Assembly (NCBI GenBank): GCA_965220175.1
Contig: OZ244814.1
Span: forward strand, 300,992-364,991
DNA length: 64,000 nt
Source of the DNA: Chloroflexota bacterium
GTDB taxonomy: Bacteria > Chloroflexota > UBA11872 > VXOZ01
Reading direction: 5' to 3'
The position numbers were made by a program, and so were the translations under genes. The notes under the pieces are model-generated. The model worked only from the letters and a program-made list of their open reading frames with translations. It ran no database searches and had not been told where the DNA came from. This document shows, piece by piece, positions 8,931-18,648 of this stretch (its first letter is position 1; each line of letters begins with the position of its first letter).

Positions 8931-8990
8931 GTGTTTCCGTTCGTGCTGAGGGCTGCGTGAAGCCTTTGTCGCAGTACGAACAGAAACACG
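8931..8990. repeat. Inverted pair of family B repeat (GTGTTTCCGTTCGTGCTGAG ... CAGTACGAACAGAAACAC) forming a long hairpin
   Basis: The two arms are near-perfect reverse complements separated by about 20 nt. The core CCGTTCGTGCTGAG recurs at other family B sites. Confidence 0.6.
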
Positions 8991-9074
8991 GACGTACCGA
9001 GCCAGCCAAACCCGTTCACCCTTCGACGGGCTCAAGGCGAACGAAATTGGCGCCTGCGGCGAGCAAGAACATCG

Positions 9075-9383
9075 ATGGACACAACGTATCGTGGTACTCT
9101 AGCTAAAGGATTACCGAGGAGGCACCCAACCGTGACACAAGAGCGCCGAGAGGACCAACTCGCCCGCTTTCAGCGGGACGCCGACTACTTTGAGTCGCAC
9201 TACGAGCAACTCCTGCGAGAGTACCCCGAGCAGTGGGTTGCAGTCTTCAATCAGACCGTCGTGGGAACCGCCTCGGATTTCGATGCACTGCTTGAAACTC
9301 TGGATCAAGCTGGAATACCTATCGAGAGAGCCTTGATCGAGCGCGTTACCGCCGAGGAAGATATCCTCATTCTGCATACATGA
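9075..9383 (+). CDS. DUF5678-like small protein, translationally coupled to downstream aspartic protease
   Basis: C-terminal EQWVAVFNQTVVGTASDFDALLETL resembles DUF5678-type small proteins (assignment from memory, uncertain). The more likely start is in-frame GTG at 9132, preceded by a GAGGAGG RBS at 9116..9122. The stop overlaps the next gene (ATGA at 9380). Confidence 0.5.
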   Translation: MDTTYRGTLAKGLPRRHPTVTQERREDQLARFQRDADYFESHYEQLLREYPEQWVAVFNQTVVGTASDFDALLETLDQAGIPIERALIERVTAEEDILILHT

Positions 9384-9844
9384 TACGCGGCTACTTCCTC
9401 TCCCGTGGCGGCATACGTCGCCCGTTCGTGTCGGCCCGCTTCCAGTTCCCCTCTTTGGACAACCAGATTCTAGAAACACGACTGCTGGTCGACTCTGGTG
9501 CTGACAGCACTGTTCTTGCCCCTCGGGACAGTAAACGGTTGATGCGGCAAGTTGGGCTTGAATTTAGCACTTTGACCGCGACAAAGCCGGGGGCAGGCGT
9601 GGGCGGAAAAGTCAAGATGCGCACGCTAGAGGCTATCATGACCATCCCGCCCTACTCGATACCGCTAACTCTGACCCTATTGGAGCCAGAACCAGGAGAC
9701 ATATCTCCGCTCCCTTCCTTGCTGGGGCGCGACATTCTTTCCCACTTTGCCCTTTTCATGCAAGAACGAACCGGGCAGCTTCTCCTACTCGAACCGGAGG
9801 AAACCCGCGCGGCCGGTGTATTCGAGCGCATTCCCTCAACGTAG
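9380..9844 (+). CDS. retropepsin-like (clan AA) aspartic peptidase
   Basis: LLVDSGADSTVL is the hydrophobic-hydrophobic-D-S/T-G-A active-site motif of retroviral-type aspartyl proteases. Size 154 aa, consistent with a dimerising single-domain protease. Confidence 0.6.
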   Translation: MIRGYFLSRGGIRRPFVSARFQFPSLDNQILETRLLVDSGADSTVLAPRDSKRLMRQVGLEFSTLTATKPGAGVGGKVKMRTLEAIMTIPPYSIPLTLTLLEPEPGDISPLPSLLGRDILSHFALFMQERTGQLLLLEPEETRAAGVFERIPST

Positions 9845-10135
9845 TTATCCTTACACGAGGCTGTATGGGAATGCTCCGCACAGGCTAGCTAGTGGCCGTA
9901 ACCGGCCTAGTTTGCCCACATCCCGCGCCGATTGCGTCGTGCGACGGCTTGTGCGGCTACGAAACGATACCGGTACTTGCACGGCTTGTTGAAATAGGTT
10001 TGCTCGCGCGCGTAGCCATTCTTAACCAGCCACTCATTGGCCAACCCACCGAATTAAGGGGGATTTAACACGTTGAAACCACGAGGCACTCGTGCATTGA
10101 GAGAATGCACGAGTGCCTCAGAGTATTGCGAAACT

Positions 10136-11062
10136 CTACGCCGTTGCCAGGACCGACAGATTCGGATCCAATTCATACTCGCCCAGCAGTTCGCGGAGGG
10201 TGTGGGCGAACGCGTCGGGGACGGGGATCAGGGGCAGGCGGTGGCCGCCGGCGTTGAAGCCGGAGAGGTTGAGGCAGGCCTTGATGGCCGCCGGGCTGGC
10301 GACCGGCGAGATTGGCGGGAAGATGGACGTAAAGAGCGGCATGAGTTGCTGGTGGAGCGCGCTGGCCGTAGGAATGTCGGAAGCCAGTGTAGCTTCGATC
10401 ATCTTCTTGATTTGCAGGCCGATGACGTGGCTGGCGACGCTGATGATGCCGTAGCCGCCCATGCACATGATGTGGTACGTATCGGAATCGTTGCCGCTCC
10501 ACACGCGGAAGTCGGGCGGCGACAGGCGGAGCACGTCGGAGATTTGCCCCAGGTCGCCGGAGGCCTCTTTCACGCCGATGATGTTGTCCACCTCGGCCAG
10601 GCGTGCCGTGGTGGCGGCTTCCATGTTGCGCACCGTGCGGGTGGGCACGTTGTAGACGATGCATGGCAGCGCCGTGCTTTCCGCGATCGTGCGAAAGTGC
10701 TGGTAGAGGCCCTCTTGCGGAGGGTTATTGTAATATGGCACCACGAGCAGCAGGCCGTCCACGCCGAGGGCTTCGGCCTCTTGCGAGAACGCCACGCTCT
10801 CGCCCGTACTGTAGTTGCCGGTGCCCGCAACCACGGGGACGCGGCCGTCCGCGGCCGCCATCACGGTGCGGTAGCATTCCAGCTTTTCCTCATGAGAAAG
10901 GGTGGGCGATTCGCCGGTAGTGCCCGTGACGAGCAGCGCGTCCGAGCCGCCTGCAATCAGTTGCCCGGCAAGCCGTCCGAGTTGGTCGAAATTCACCGCG
11001 CCATCGTCGGCAAAGGGCGTGACCATCGCCGTAATGAGTCTGCCAAGCTCTGTGCCTGCCAT
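10136..11062 (-). CDS. dapA: 4-hydroxy-tetrahydrodipicolinate synthase
   Basis: DapA-type sequence with LLVTGTTGES, GTGNYST and VKEASGD blocks. The likely start is the internal Met (MAGTELG). The antisense ORF 10073..11194 is rejected. Confidence 0.8.
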   Translation of the reverse strand: MAGTELGRLITAMVTPFADDGAVNFDQLGRLAGQLIAGGSDALLVTGTTGESPTLSHEEKLECYRTVMAAADGRVPVVAGTGNYSTGESVAFSQEAEALGVDGLLLVVPYYNNPPQEGLYQHFRTIAESTALPCIVYNVPTRTVRNMEAATTARLAEVDNIIGVKEASGDLGQISDVLRLSPPDFRVWSGNDSDTYHIMCMGGYGIISVASHVIGLQIKKMIEATLASDIPTASALHQQLMPLFTSIFPPISPVASPAAIKACLNLSGFNAGGHRLPLIPVPDAFAHTLRELLGEYELDPNLSVLATA

Positions 11063-11300
11063 GTGTGCGCTCCTTCTCCATTCGCGTGCGGTCGTTTGAG
11101 TCAGTGTACCGTACGCCCTAGGCATTGTCACTCGTTTCCGATGCCTATAGTTTGCAGCACCTCACCAATCCAAGTAGACGGCAGTCAGCTCTGACTAGGA
11201 CTTGCTCTGAACTGCTGCGCCGCAAGCGGACAGTCGCTCAAACGCCCTCTCGGCTTCTAGACTTAGGCCCTCGAAAGCAGTGGTCCAAGGCGATCTCAAT

Positions 11301-11355
11301 AAAGATGGATTCCCGCTTTCGCGGGAATGACAGACACTTTTGCGGGAATGATTGA
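11301..11355. repeat. Family A repeat, partial (GGATTCCCGCTTTCGCGGGAATGAC module duplicated)
   Basis: Matches module 2 of the composite repeat seen at 2276..2324 and 30090..30120. Confidence 0.7.
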
Positions 11356-11524
11356 CAAAGAGATTATTCGGACGGACGCAACGCGCAATCAAGAAGCTCG
11401 CTAGCCGCACAATGACAAGCTCAACTATGTGCGGTCTCTCTGAGATGATTCAAGGGGAGACCCCGTGCGAGCAGACGCGGCACGCTGGGTCTATAGGCGG
11501 TCTCGTCGTGCGGGAATTGCCCGC

Positions 11525-12589
11525 TCACTCGGTAGCGCCAGCTATGCTGCGTGCGACTGAAGTTGCAGTGTCCGCCGCGGCTTCTTCTAGGCGTGCGCCC
11601 GCAACGGGACGCGGGAAAAGGATGCGGGAGGCGCCCGCCTGTTGGAGTTGGTTACCGAGGCGCTCCGGCTCCGGATGCAGGGCGATGATCGTGCCGCCGT
11701 CACCGGCGCCCGCCAGTTTTGCTCCCAGTGCGCCGTTGCGCAGCGCCGCCGCTATCAAGCGCTCGTTCTCTTCCCCGGAACCGCCCAGGTCGCGCTGGAT
11801 GGCGTGGTTCTCGTTCATCAGCCTGCCCAGCAGATTCCAGTCCGCTTCCAGCAGGGCTTTCTTGCCCTCGCGGGCGAGGCGGCCGATCTCGGTATAGGCC
11901 TGCACCACGTGGCGCTCGCCTTCCAGCCAGCGTTCGCGGATGGGTCTATGGACAACGTCGGCGCGATGCTCGACGCCGGTGTGCGCCAATACAAAAGGCA
12001 GTTCCGGCACCAGCGGCGTCAGCGCTTCGACCGCGGCATACGGCTCGCTGTGTACTTCCCGGTAGAATTCCTTGTCGCGAAACTCCATGTAGTTGAGCCC
12101 GCCGAAGGTGGGCATGTAGAAATCCTGGTAGCCGCAGATCACGCCCATGTCGTTCAGCTCGATGCCGCGGGCGGTCTCCGCGAAGAGGTAGGCATTCATC
12201 GCGCGACCCTGATAGGACGTCAACGCGTAGAGGGCGGCGACAACCAGCGACGAAGAGCTTGAGAGGCCGGAACCGATGGGCACGTCACTCCAGCAGGTGA
12301 AGTGGGCCTTCATTCCGAGGCATTGCTGTTGCGAAATCACCGCGCGCAGCACGTCGAAGTGATCGCCGCGCTGCCGCAAGTCGTCACGCGCGCCTATGCT
12401 GACCACGCCTTGATCCGATTCCAGCGTGAGCCAGTCGGCGGCGCGTATTGAGACGTAGCTGCGCTCAGGGATTGTGCAGGAGAGTACGCTGCCGCCGTAC
12501 ATATCGGTTGGGTTGCCGATGATGCCGCAGCGTCCGGGAGCGGAAGCGACCACGGTAGCCCCCGTGGTGTGTTGGCTAGTGGAAGGCAT
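11525..12589 (-). CDS. GHMP-family sugar kinase
   Basis: PIGSGLSSSSSLVVA glycine-rich phosphate-binding motif of GHMP kinases. The start overlaps the stop of the upstream nucleotidyltransferase gene. Confidence 0.75.
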   Translation of the reverse strand: MPSTSQHTTGATVVASAPGRCGIIGNPTDMYGGSVLSCTIPERSYVSIRAADWLTLESDQGVVSIGARDDLRQRGDHFDVLRAVISQQQCLGMKAHFTCWSDVPIGSGLSSSSSLVVAALYALTSYQGRAMNAYLFAETARGIELNDMGVICGYQDFYMPTFGGLNYMEFRDKEFYREVHSEPYAAVEALTPLVPELPFVLAHTGVEHRADVVHRPIRERWLEGERHVVQAYTEIGRLAREGKKALLEADWNLLGRLMNENHAIQRDLGGSGEENERLIAAALRNGALGAKLAGAGDGGTIIALHPEPERLGNQLQQAGASRILFPRPVAGARLEEAAADTATSVARSIAGATE

Positions 12590-13476
12590 CAGAGTGCAGA
12601 GGTCTTGCGCAGCAAGTGTTGCCGCACGAGATAGCCGTATTTCTCATCGGATAGCGCGAAGTCGATGAAGGCCTTGAAGTACGTCTCGAAATTGCCGATG
12701 TCGTAGCGCACCTCTTCAGACGCAAGCTCAACGCAGCGCACCAGTTGCTGCTGTTTGATGAGCACCTCAATAGAGTCAGCCAGCCAGAGTTCGTTGCCTT
12801 TGCCGGGCAGGGTCAGGCGCGTGGCTTCAAAGATCTCCTTATTCATGATGTACCGGGGCACCACGGCGTAGTTGCTCGGTTCCGCGCCGCGCGGCGGTTT
12901 CTCAACAATGCCTTCGATTGCGAAGTCGGGTCCCACCGTGTCTGCAGGTTTCACGACCCCATAGCGATGGGCATCCTGCGGCGCGACGCGCTCGACGGCC
13001 ATGGTGCACACCGCACCGCTCTGCGCGTGGCTCTCCACCATGCGGCGCACGAGATTGCCGCCCTTGATGATGGTGTCGCCAAAAGCCACGACGAACGGCT
13101 CATCGCCGACAAATTCCTGGGCAAGACGCACGGCGTCCGCCTGGCCGGTCTGTACGCTCTGGCGGGTGTAGTAAACGTGGAGCAGCGTATCAAAGTTCGG
13201 CAGCCGCTCTGCCAACTCCAAATCATCGTTGCCGAGCCGCTCTTCCAGTTCGGGATCGCGATCGAAGTGGTCTTCGATTGACCCCTTCTTGCGGCCGGTG
13301 ACGAAGAGAATCTGGTTGATGCCCGCCTGCTCCATCTCCTCAACCACGTACTGCACCACCGGCTTGCGGCCGACGGGCAGCATTTCCTTGGGCTGGGACT
13401 TGGTGGCAGGGAGCAGCCGGGTGCCGAGACCGGCAACGAGGATAACGGCCTTGGAGACATGGGATTGCTGTGCCAT
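12589..13476 (-). CDS. UTP--glucose-1-phosphate uridylyltransferase-like sugar nucleotidyltransferase
   Basis: N-terminal KAVILVAGLGTRLLPATKSQPKEMLPV signature of GalU / sugar-1-P nucleotidyltransferases. Confidence 0.8.
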   Translation of the reverse strand: MAQQSHVSKAVILVAGLGTRLLPATKSQPKEMLPVGRKPVVQYVVEEMEQAGINQILFVTGRKKGSIEDHFDRDPELEERLGNDDLELAERLPNFDTLLHVYYTRQSVQTGQADAVRLAQEFVGDEPFVVAFGDTIIKGGNLVRRMVESHAQSGAVCTMAVERVAPQDAHRYGVVKPADTVGPDFAIEGIVEKPPRGAEPSNYAVVPRYIMNKEIFEATRLTLPGKGNELWLADSIEVLIKQQQLVRCVELASEEVRYDIGNFETYFKAFIDFALSDEKYGYLVRQHLLRKTSAL

Positions 13477-13658
13477 GGGAGGGCATGCTCCAGTGGGACG
13501 GCCAGACGTACCTGATTCACGGTAGCGCGGGAATTACTGGGTTGTCAACGTTTTTGAGGATAGGAGTCAGTAGACTTGGCATTAGACCGTAGAGAGAGAA
13601 ACTGAAAGTGTTGTCTAATTCGCTGACAGAACCTGCCGCCAGTTCAATCTTACAAGGC

Positions 13659-14519
13659 CTAGAGTACGCCTCTTCCCGTCATTCCGGCGGCAGCCGGAAT
13701 CCATCTTCTCCGCGTGCCCTGGACTCCGGCTTTCGCCGGAGTGACGGACCTTTGTGTTTCATGTGTTTCTGAATTCAGTTCGTTTCCGCAGCAAACGGGC
13801 TTGTTGTGCCTGGTGCCGGTATTTATTTCCCATTGGCGTGCCAGTATAAGCAAGGCAAAGTTCACCGACCCAAAGTTCTGGCGCATGAATTCAGTCTCGA
13901 ACTCCCCCGGGACCTCGCTGCCGGGCACGTCCCGCACGGCGGATAACGTGAGTCCGGCATCAGATACAGCTTGGAGATAGTCGTCACGGGTATGCGTTTC
14001 GTTGGGCAGGTGATAGGTCACGCCGTCCTCGACGAACTGTGTCGGCATGCCACAGGAGACAAAGTCGGGATGTACGTCAGTAATGAGCAGATGCGCTCCA
14101 GGCTTCATCAAACGGTAGAACTCACCGACCGCCCCTGTGAGATTCGCGACATGGCAGAGAGTCAGTGCGCAGACCACCAGATCGAAGGCGGCAGACTCGA
14201 CCGGAACTTCGTCCTCTAGCGACGAACTCTTGAATTCAATGGGGAGGTTCTCACTGGCTGCGGCGCGTTTTGCAAAGGCTCGCATTTGAGGATTGGGCTC
14301 AACGGCCGTAACCTGCCAGCCTCGCCGTGCAAGTTTCAGGGCAAACCGTCCGGTCCCGGCGCCTGCATCGAGCGCGGTGCTACCCTCCAAGCCATCCAGT
14401 ATGTCCAGCGAGTATACCTCTTCGGTGGCGATGAGTGTATTCCACGTCGTGTCGTAGCTCTGCGCCCAGCGTGAGTAGCCTTCCATCAGGCTTACCTTGA
14501 CTGGTGTCGGCTGTCCCAT
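13659..14519 (-). CDS. class I SAM-dependent methyltransferase (C-terminal ~30 codons supplied by a family A repeat)
   Basis: LDAGAGTGRFA motif I. The reading frame runs through repeat copy 13665..13736 (translated ...VTPAKAGVQG...WIPAAAGMTG) before stopping. Confidence 0.7.
   Translation of the reverse strand: MGQPTPVKVSLMEGYSRWAQSYDTTWNTLIATEEVYSLDILDGLEGSTALDAGAGTGRFALKLARRGWQVTAVEPNPQMRAFAKRAAASENLPIEFKSSSLEDEVPVESAAFDLVVCALTLCHVANLTGAVGEFYRLMKPGAHLLITDVHPDFVSCGMPTQFVEDGVTYHLPNETHTRDDYLQAVSDAGLTLSAVRDVPGSEVPGEFETEFMRQNFGSVNFALLILARQWEINTGTRHNKPVCCGNELNSETHETQRSVTPAKAGVQGTRRRWIPAAAGMTGRGVL
13665..13736. repeat. Family A composite repeat (inverted orientation) overlapping the 3' end of the methyltransferase gene
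   Basis: CGTCATTCCGGCGGCAGCCGGAATCCATCTTC ... CCCTGGACTCCGGCTTTCGCCGGAGTGACGG. Confidence 0.8.
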
Positions 14520-14626
14520 CCTGCTTACTGTCCAGCCTTGCTTCAGTTCGTGCTTCTCGCTCTAGAGCGAGTACTCTCGTTTGACACATTATCGCCACGG
14601 TACAGGTGCGCGTGAGCGGCGGTAGG

Positions 14627-15403
14627 TTACCCTTGCTCGTGCTCGCGGCGCATGTCATCGAGCTTCGCGATAGTCTCGATGATGTACTCGGCCTGGCGCG
14701 CCACACCTTGCTTGGTGCGTTCTTCGCCGGCGTCGCGGTCGGCCTTGGTGGGAAAGCCCCACACCCCGCTCGGCGTGTAGTACTCTGTCGGGATCATGTC
14801 CACGTACTCGGAGCCCAGGTCCGGCGACGAGTCGACCACCTTCTCGGTACGCATCAGTTCGGGATAGGCGTACATGAGCCGGGAGGTCTCGCTCTCGCCC
14901 GAGTGCCGGTCTTTGCCGGGTCCCGAGCCCCCCGCGCCGACCGGCGCGCCCCACATCACCAGGAAGTCCGGGTCCCACATGTTGAGCTCGCGAATCGTGG
15001 GCTTCAGGATCCAGTTGCCGCCGTGGGAACTGGTGACGATCATGCGCTTGAAGCCCTGGCGCTTCAGGCAGGCGGCGGTGTCCTCGAGGATAGCGGCGAC
15101 GGTATTGGGCTTGAGGCTCAGGGTGCCCTTGTAGTTGAGGAACTCGCTCGATGTGCCGATGGGAATTGGCGGCAGAAGATAGACGATGAGCCCGCGCCGG
15201 GCCAGCTCCCGCGCCAGTAACCGGCTGCCGGCGAGACCGAGCAGCCAGTCGGTGCCGAGCGGCATGTGGTACGAGTGCTGCTCGATGGCGCCGATGCAGA
15301 AGAGCGCCGTATCGCAGCCGCTCTCCTCCACCTCCTCGAAGGTGGAAGCCCAACTCAAGAAATCCTCTTCCTGCATGTCGTCAAACCAGTGATGTTCGCT
15401 CAT
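14627..15403 (-). CDS. creatininase-family amidohydrolase
   Basis: ALFCIGAIEQHSYHMPLGTD and SSHGGN motifs typical of the creatinine amidohydrolase family. Likely start MSEHHW. Confidence 0.8.
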   Translation of the reverse strand: MSEHHWFDDMQEEDFLSWASTFEEVEESGCDTALFCIGAIEQHSYHMPLGTDWLLGLAGSRLLARELARRGLIVYLLPPIPIGTSSEFLNYKGTLSLKPNTVAAILEDTAACLKRQGFKRMIVTSSHGGNWILKPTIRELNMWDPDFLVMWGAPVGAGGSGPGKDRHSGESETSRLMYAYPELMRTEKVVDSSPDLGSEYVDMIPTEYYTPSGVWGFPTKADRDAGEERTKQGVARQAEYIIETIAKLDDMRREHEQG

Positions 15404-15767
15404 AGTTCCTTCTTTCAAATGCTATGTGCCCTCGCGATATACGGTGGACTTGATCTATACTTTGCTGCGCATACCCTCTGTGACAACAGTAATCTAACGG
15501 GGCGGAAGCCAGACTCAGCCTATCCCATGGTGAATCTGAAAACTCACTCCTTGAGAACGCTGCACGGCCATCTCGCACAATGTCACCGATTTGTGGTAGT
15601 CACGCAATGGCGCGACAAAGAACGTCAAACCTGCTAGGCAGAAATCCTCTCGCCCCGCCTTGTCCCGAATGGAAAGTAAGCAATCCTCTCGCTTATTGCC
15701 GAGATTTCTCTAACGCATGTCGAGGCAATGATCAGTAATCTGTCGTCCCAATTGGCGGGGATCGTGC

Positions 15768-15812
15768 GCAGAGCCTGTCCCGTACTCGATACGGGGGTGC
15801 AAACCTGCGCTA
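15768..15812. repeat. Family C repeat (GCAGAGCCTGYCCYGTAYTCGAYACGGGGKTGCAAACCTGCG)
   Basis: Copies at 18182..18240, 58929..58955 (partial), 59050..59085 and 60484..60510. Contains the hairpin CCCCGTA...TACGGGG. Confidence 0.7.
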
Positions 15813-15890
15813 TCGAAAAGACAGACGATGGACAAATCCTTTTGCAGGTTCGCAATGTAGCGGCGGAGTCAGGTTGTCTAAAAATCTTGG

Positions 15891-16769
15891 TTACTGTCCG
15901 CCAAACTGCACCGGAATCGTCACGCCATCGAATTTCCCGTCCTGCGCGTCGAAATCGCCGACCTGCAGCGTCCCGGTACCTGTGCCGGCGGGGATTGCAA
16001 TTTCCTTGGAGAAGAATCCCCACGTCTCGACATAGTCCGTGGAATTCACTAAGGCGCGGTCGATCTCCTTGCCGGCGCTATCTTTGAGAATGATGACGTT
16101 GTTTGCCTCGAAGTTCCGGGAGTACCCGCTCACCGTCACGGTACCTTGCAGGGTGGCACCGGGCCGCGGCGTGATGAGCACCATGTTTTTGGCCGTAGCG
16201 GGAAGAATGTGCGTTTCTTTGCCGCCGGGCGCCACGTCAACCACCAGCCGCAGCGGGTCCCACAGCTCCTGCAAGCGGACCTGGTACTCAGCCGGAATGA
16301 AGACGTCTACGAACAGGCTGCCGTCCGGCGCGCGCACGACGTAAACGTGGGTAAACCAATCGAACTTGTCTACCAGTTGCGCATCGGTGAACGCCGTCTC
16401 AGTCACCGTCGGCAGGTGAATGCGCACCACTCCTTCTCCTGGCGCCTTCTCAATTCGCCAATGCGGCACTCCGTTCGCGTCCCCTTGCTCAGTAGCAAAG
16501 TCGATGACCAAGCGCTCGAAATGGGGATGTTTTCCCAGGCGGATGTCCGTAATGCGGGCCGCCGGGGCATCTTCTATGTCCGTAAAGGCCGACGAAGCCG
16601 CAGACGCCGGCGCGTCGGGCTCGGTTGCATCCGACGCAGCCTGCGCTGCAGGCGATTCCGTTGCCTCCGCGGTTGCGCCCGTTTCGCCGGACGGCAATGC
16701 TTCCGTCCCCTCCTGCGTGGCGCAGGCGCTAAGCAGAAGCGCCAACGCCAGCATCAGAGCGCCGGCCAT
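15891..16769 (-). CDS. lipoprotein with GerMN / Gmad2 immunoglobulin-like domains
   Basis: Signal peptide with lipobox (ALLLSAC). C-terminal region resembles the Gmad2 Ig-like domain. Start taken at internal MAGALM; the N-terminal extension of the ORF is probably untranslated. Confidence 0.55.
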   Translation of the reverse strand: MAGALMLALALLLSACATQEGTEALPSGETGATAEATESPAAQAASDATEPDAPASAASSAFTDIEDAPAARITDIRLGKHPHFERLVIDFATEQGDANGVPHWRIEKAPGEGVVRIHLPTVTETAFTDAQLVDKFDWFTHVYVVRAPDGSLFVDVFIPAEYQVRLQELWDPLRLVVDVAPGGKETHILPATAKNMVLITPRPGATLQGTVTVSGYSRNFEANNVIILKDSAGKEIDRALVNSTDYVETWGFFSKEIAIPAGTGTGTLQVGDFDAQDGKFDGVTIPVQFGGQ

Positions 16770-16972
16770 CCAGCGAATACCAAGACCCTTCTTGGCAGGC
16801 GCGATTTTCCCCTTGGCTAGGGGCCGTGCGGCATGGCTTCTGAGGCACACGCCCTGCCCTGCAGATGAGATTAAACGAAGAATCACTTTCTCTATACCTC
16901 CTGGAATCCGGCCTTTTTTTCCTACGGCCAAAGAATGTATGACGTTCTCGATTGGGTAGTCCATTTCCGGCG

Positions 16973-18154
16973 CTATGCCTCTTGAGGACGCGGCCCGTAC
17001 CAACGACGCGCGGACCGTCCCGCATGGTTATACACCTCGCCGGCGCGTATCGTGTAGGCTGCCTCCAGGTGCTGCTCGCCGGTGCGCGTATTGCCCTCGG
17101 CATCCAGCATGGGGTACGGTCCGTCCACGAGGCGCAGCGCCGCGATATCGGCGACGCCTCCGATGCGCAGGTGCCCCAGAGAGTCTGCCATATCGATCGC
17201 GGCCGCCGCGTTGCGCGTAGTGCGCGCCACCACGTCGGGGACGTCCCGCCCCAGGTAGAGGAATTTCGACATTACGTCGGGCAGGCTCTGCGCGGTGGCG
17301 TGGGACGAATAATTGTGGAGATCGGTGCTGATGGTATCGGGCAGGAAACCATCTGCCAGGGCATCCCGCGCCACTTCAAATGAGAAACTGCCTTGTCCGT
17401 GACCCACGTCAAAGGCGATGCCGTTCTGTTGCGCGGCGCGGACTTCCGGCAGCACCGTGCGCTTCTGCTGATCCAGAATTAGTCTCCCTCTGCCCGTAAA
17501 GCAGTGCGTAACGATGTCACCGGGTTTCAGGATGGGCAGAATCTCCGACATGAATTGCTCGCTATCGGAAATGTGCACCATCATGCGCGTGCCGGTGGCA
17601 TCGCGCACCGCCGCCGCGCGGCGCAGCGGTTCTAAGCCGTTGGGACCGCAAATCGGTTTTGCGACACGCACTTTCACGCCTATCGCCACGTCGCGGTTGG
17701 CCTCTATGGTCTTGATCGCGTCCTCCACGCCGCAATAGGCGAGATTGAGATTCTCGCCCACGCGCATGTCAGTGATGCCGATGCTCGATATGTTGACGAA
17801 GGCATACGTCCGCGTGCGCGCTTGCCCAGCGATGAAGTGACGGAAGCCGGTAAAATTCGCCCACCCCGCGCTGCCCGCGTCCGCCGCCGTGGTGACGCCG
17901 GTGGTCAGACACGTTGGGTCGGGCAGCACGCCAAGATCGGTGCCGCCCCAGTAAAGGTGCGTGTGCAGGTCTATCAGTCCCGGCGTGACAAAATGGTCGG
18001 CTACGTCGAGAACAAGCCATGCGTCATCGGGAGCAAGGTCTTCCTCCAGCGCGGTGATGCGGCCGTGCTTGGTGCCGATGTCTAACTCGGCATCAATGCC
18101 CTGCGCGGGGTCGAGGACGCGCCCTCCCTTGAGCAATACGTCAAAGGTTGCCAT
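16973..18154 (-). CDS. amidohydrolase-family metal-dependent hydrolase / deacetylase
   Basis: DLHTHL metal-binding HxH motif near the N-terminus. Overall resembles dihydroorotase-like amidohydrolases. Confidence 0.75.
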   Translation of the reverse strand: MATFDVLLKGGRVLDPAQGIDAELDIGTKHGRITALEEDLAPDDAWLVLDVADHFVTPGLIDLHTHLYWGGTDLGVLPDPTCLTTGVTTAADAGSAGWANFTGFRHFIAGQARTRTYAFVNISSIGITDMRVGENLNLAYCGVEDAIKTIEANRDVAIGVKVRVAKPICGPNGLEPLRRAAAVRDATGTRMMVHISDSEQFMSEILPILKPGDIVTHCFTGRGRLILDQQKRTVLPEVRAAQQNGIAFDVGHGQGSFSFEVARDALADGFLPDTISTDLHNYSSHATAQSLPDVMSKFLYLGRDVPDVVARTTRNAAAAIDMADSLGHLRIGGVADIAALRLVDGPYPMLDAEGNTRTGEQHLEAAYTIRAGEVYNHAGRSARRWYGPRPQEA

Positions 18155-18181
18155 GAGGATTGCTTCCTTCTACTAGTGGGC

Positions 18182-18575
18182 GCAGAGCCTGCCCTGTATT
18201 CGACACGGGGTTGCAAACCTGCGTTACCGGGAATACGTCGAGAGTTGCCATAGCGGTTGCTTCTTTCTGCGTAGGGCTGCGCTGTGCAGACTACAAGCTG
18301 AGGGGGGAATCGTGATAGGCTGTGCGGGGGGTATACACCATTATATGACGGATGCACTGAGAAGCAAAACTTAACGGGCAAACTGGTGCTGCTGCGGGCA
18401 ATTGGCGTAGGGCCCTCAGCACGAACGGGCAAAGCTGTCCATTGCGTGCACGAGAAGAGTTAGAGCTTGCAATAGCCCTGATCAACCACGGTGGCGAGCG
18501 TTCGCACTGAGCCGTTCGCCCTCCTCCGTTCGCACTGAGCACTTCGACAAGCTCACCACAGGCCTGTCGAAGGGC
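18182..18575. repeat. Intergenic cluster of family C (18182..18240) and family B (18497..18575) hairpin repeats
   Basis: Sequence matches to other copies (see 15768, 19849, 27203, 58753). Confidence 0.65.
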
Positions 18576-18648
18576 AATTCTTAGCAATTTGATCGATTGA
18601 GGCTTCACCTGGTCGTCCGGTTGAGCAATTCAAGAGCAGATCGCGCCT

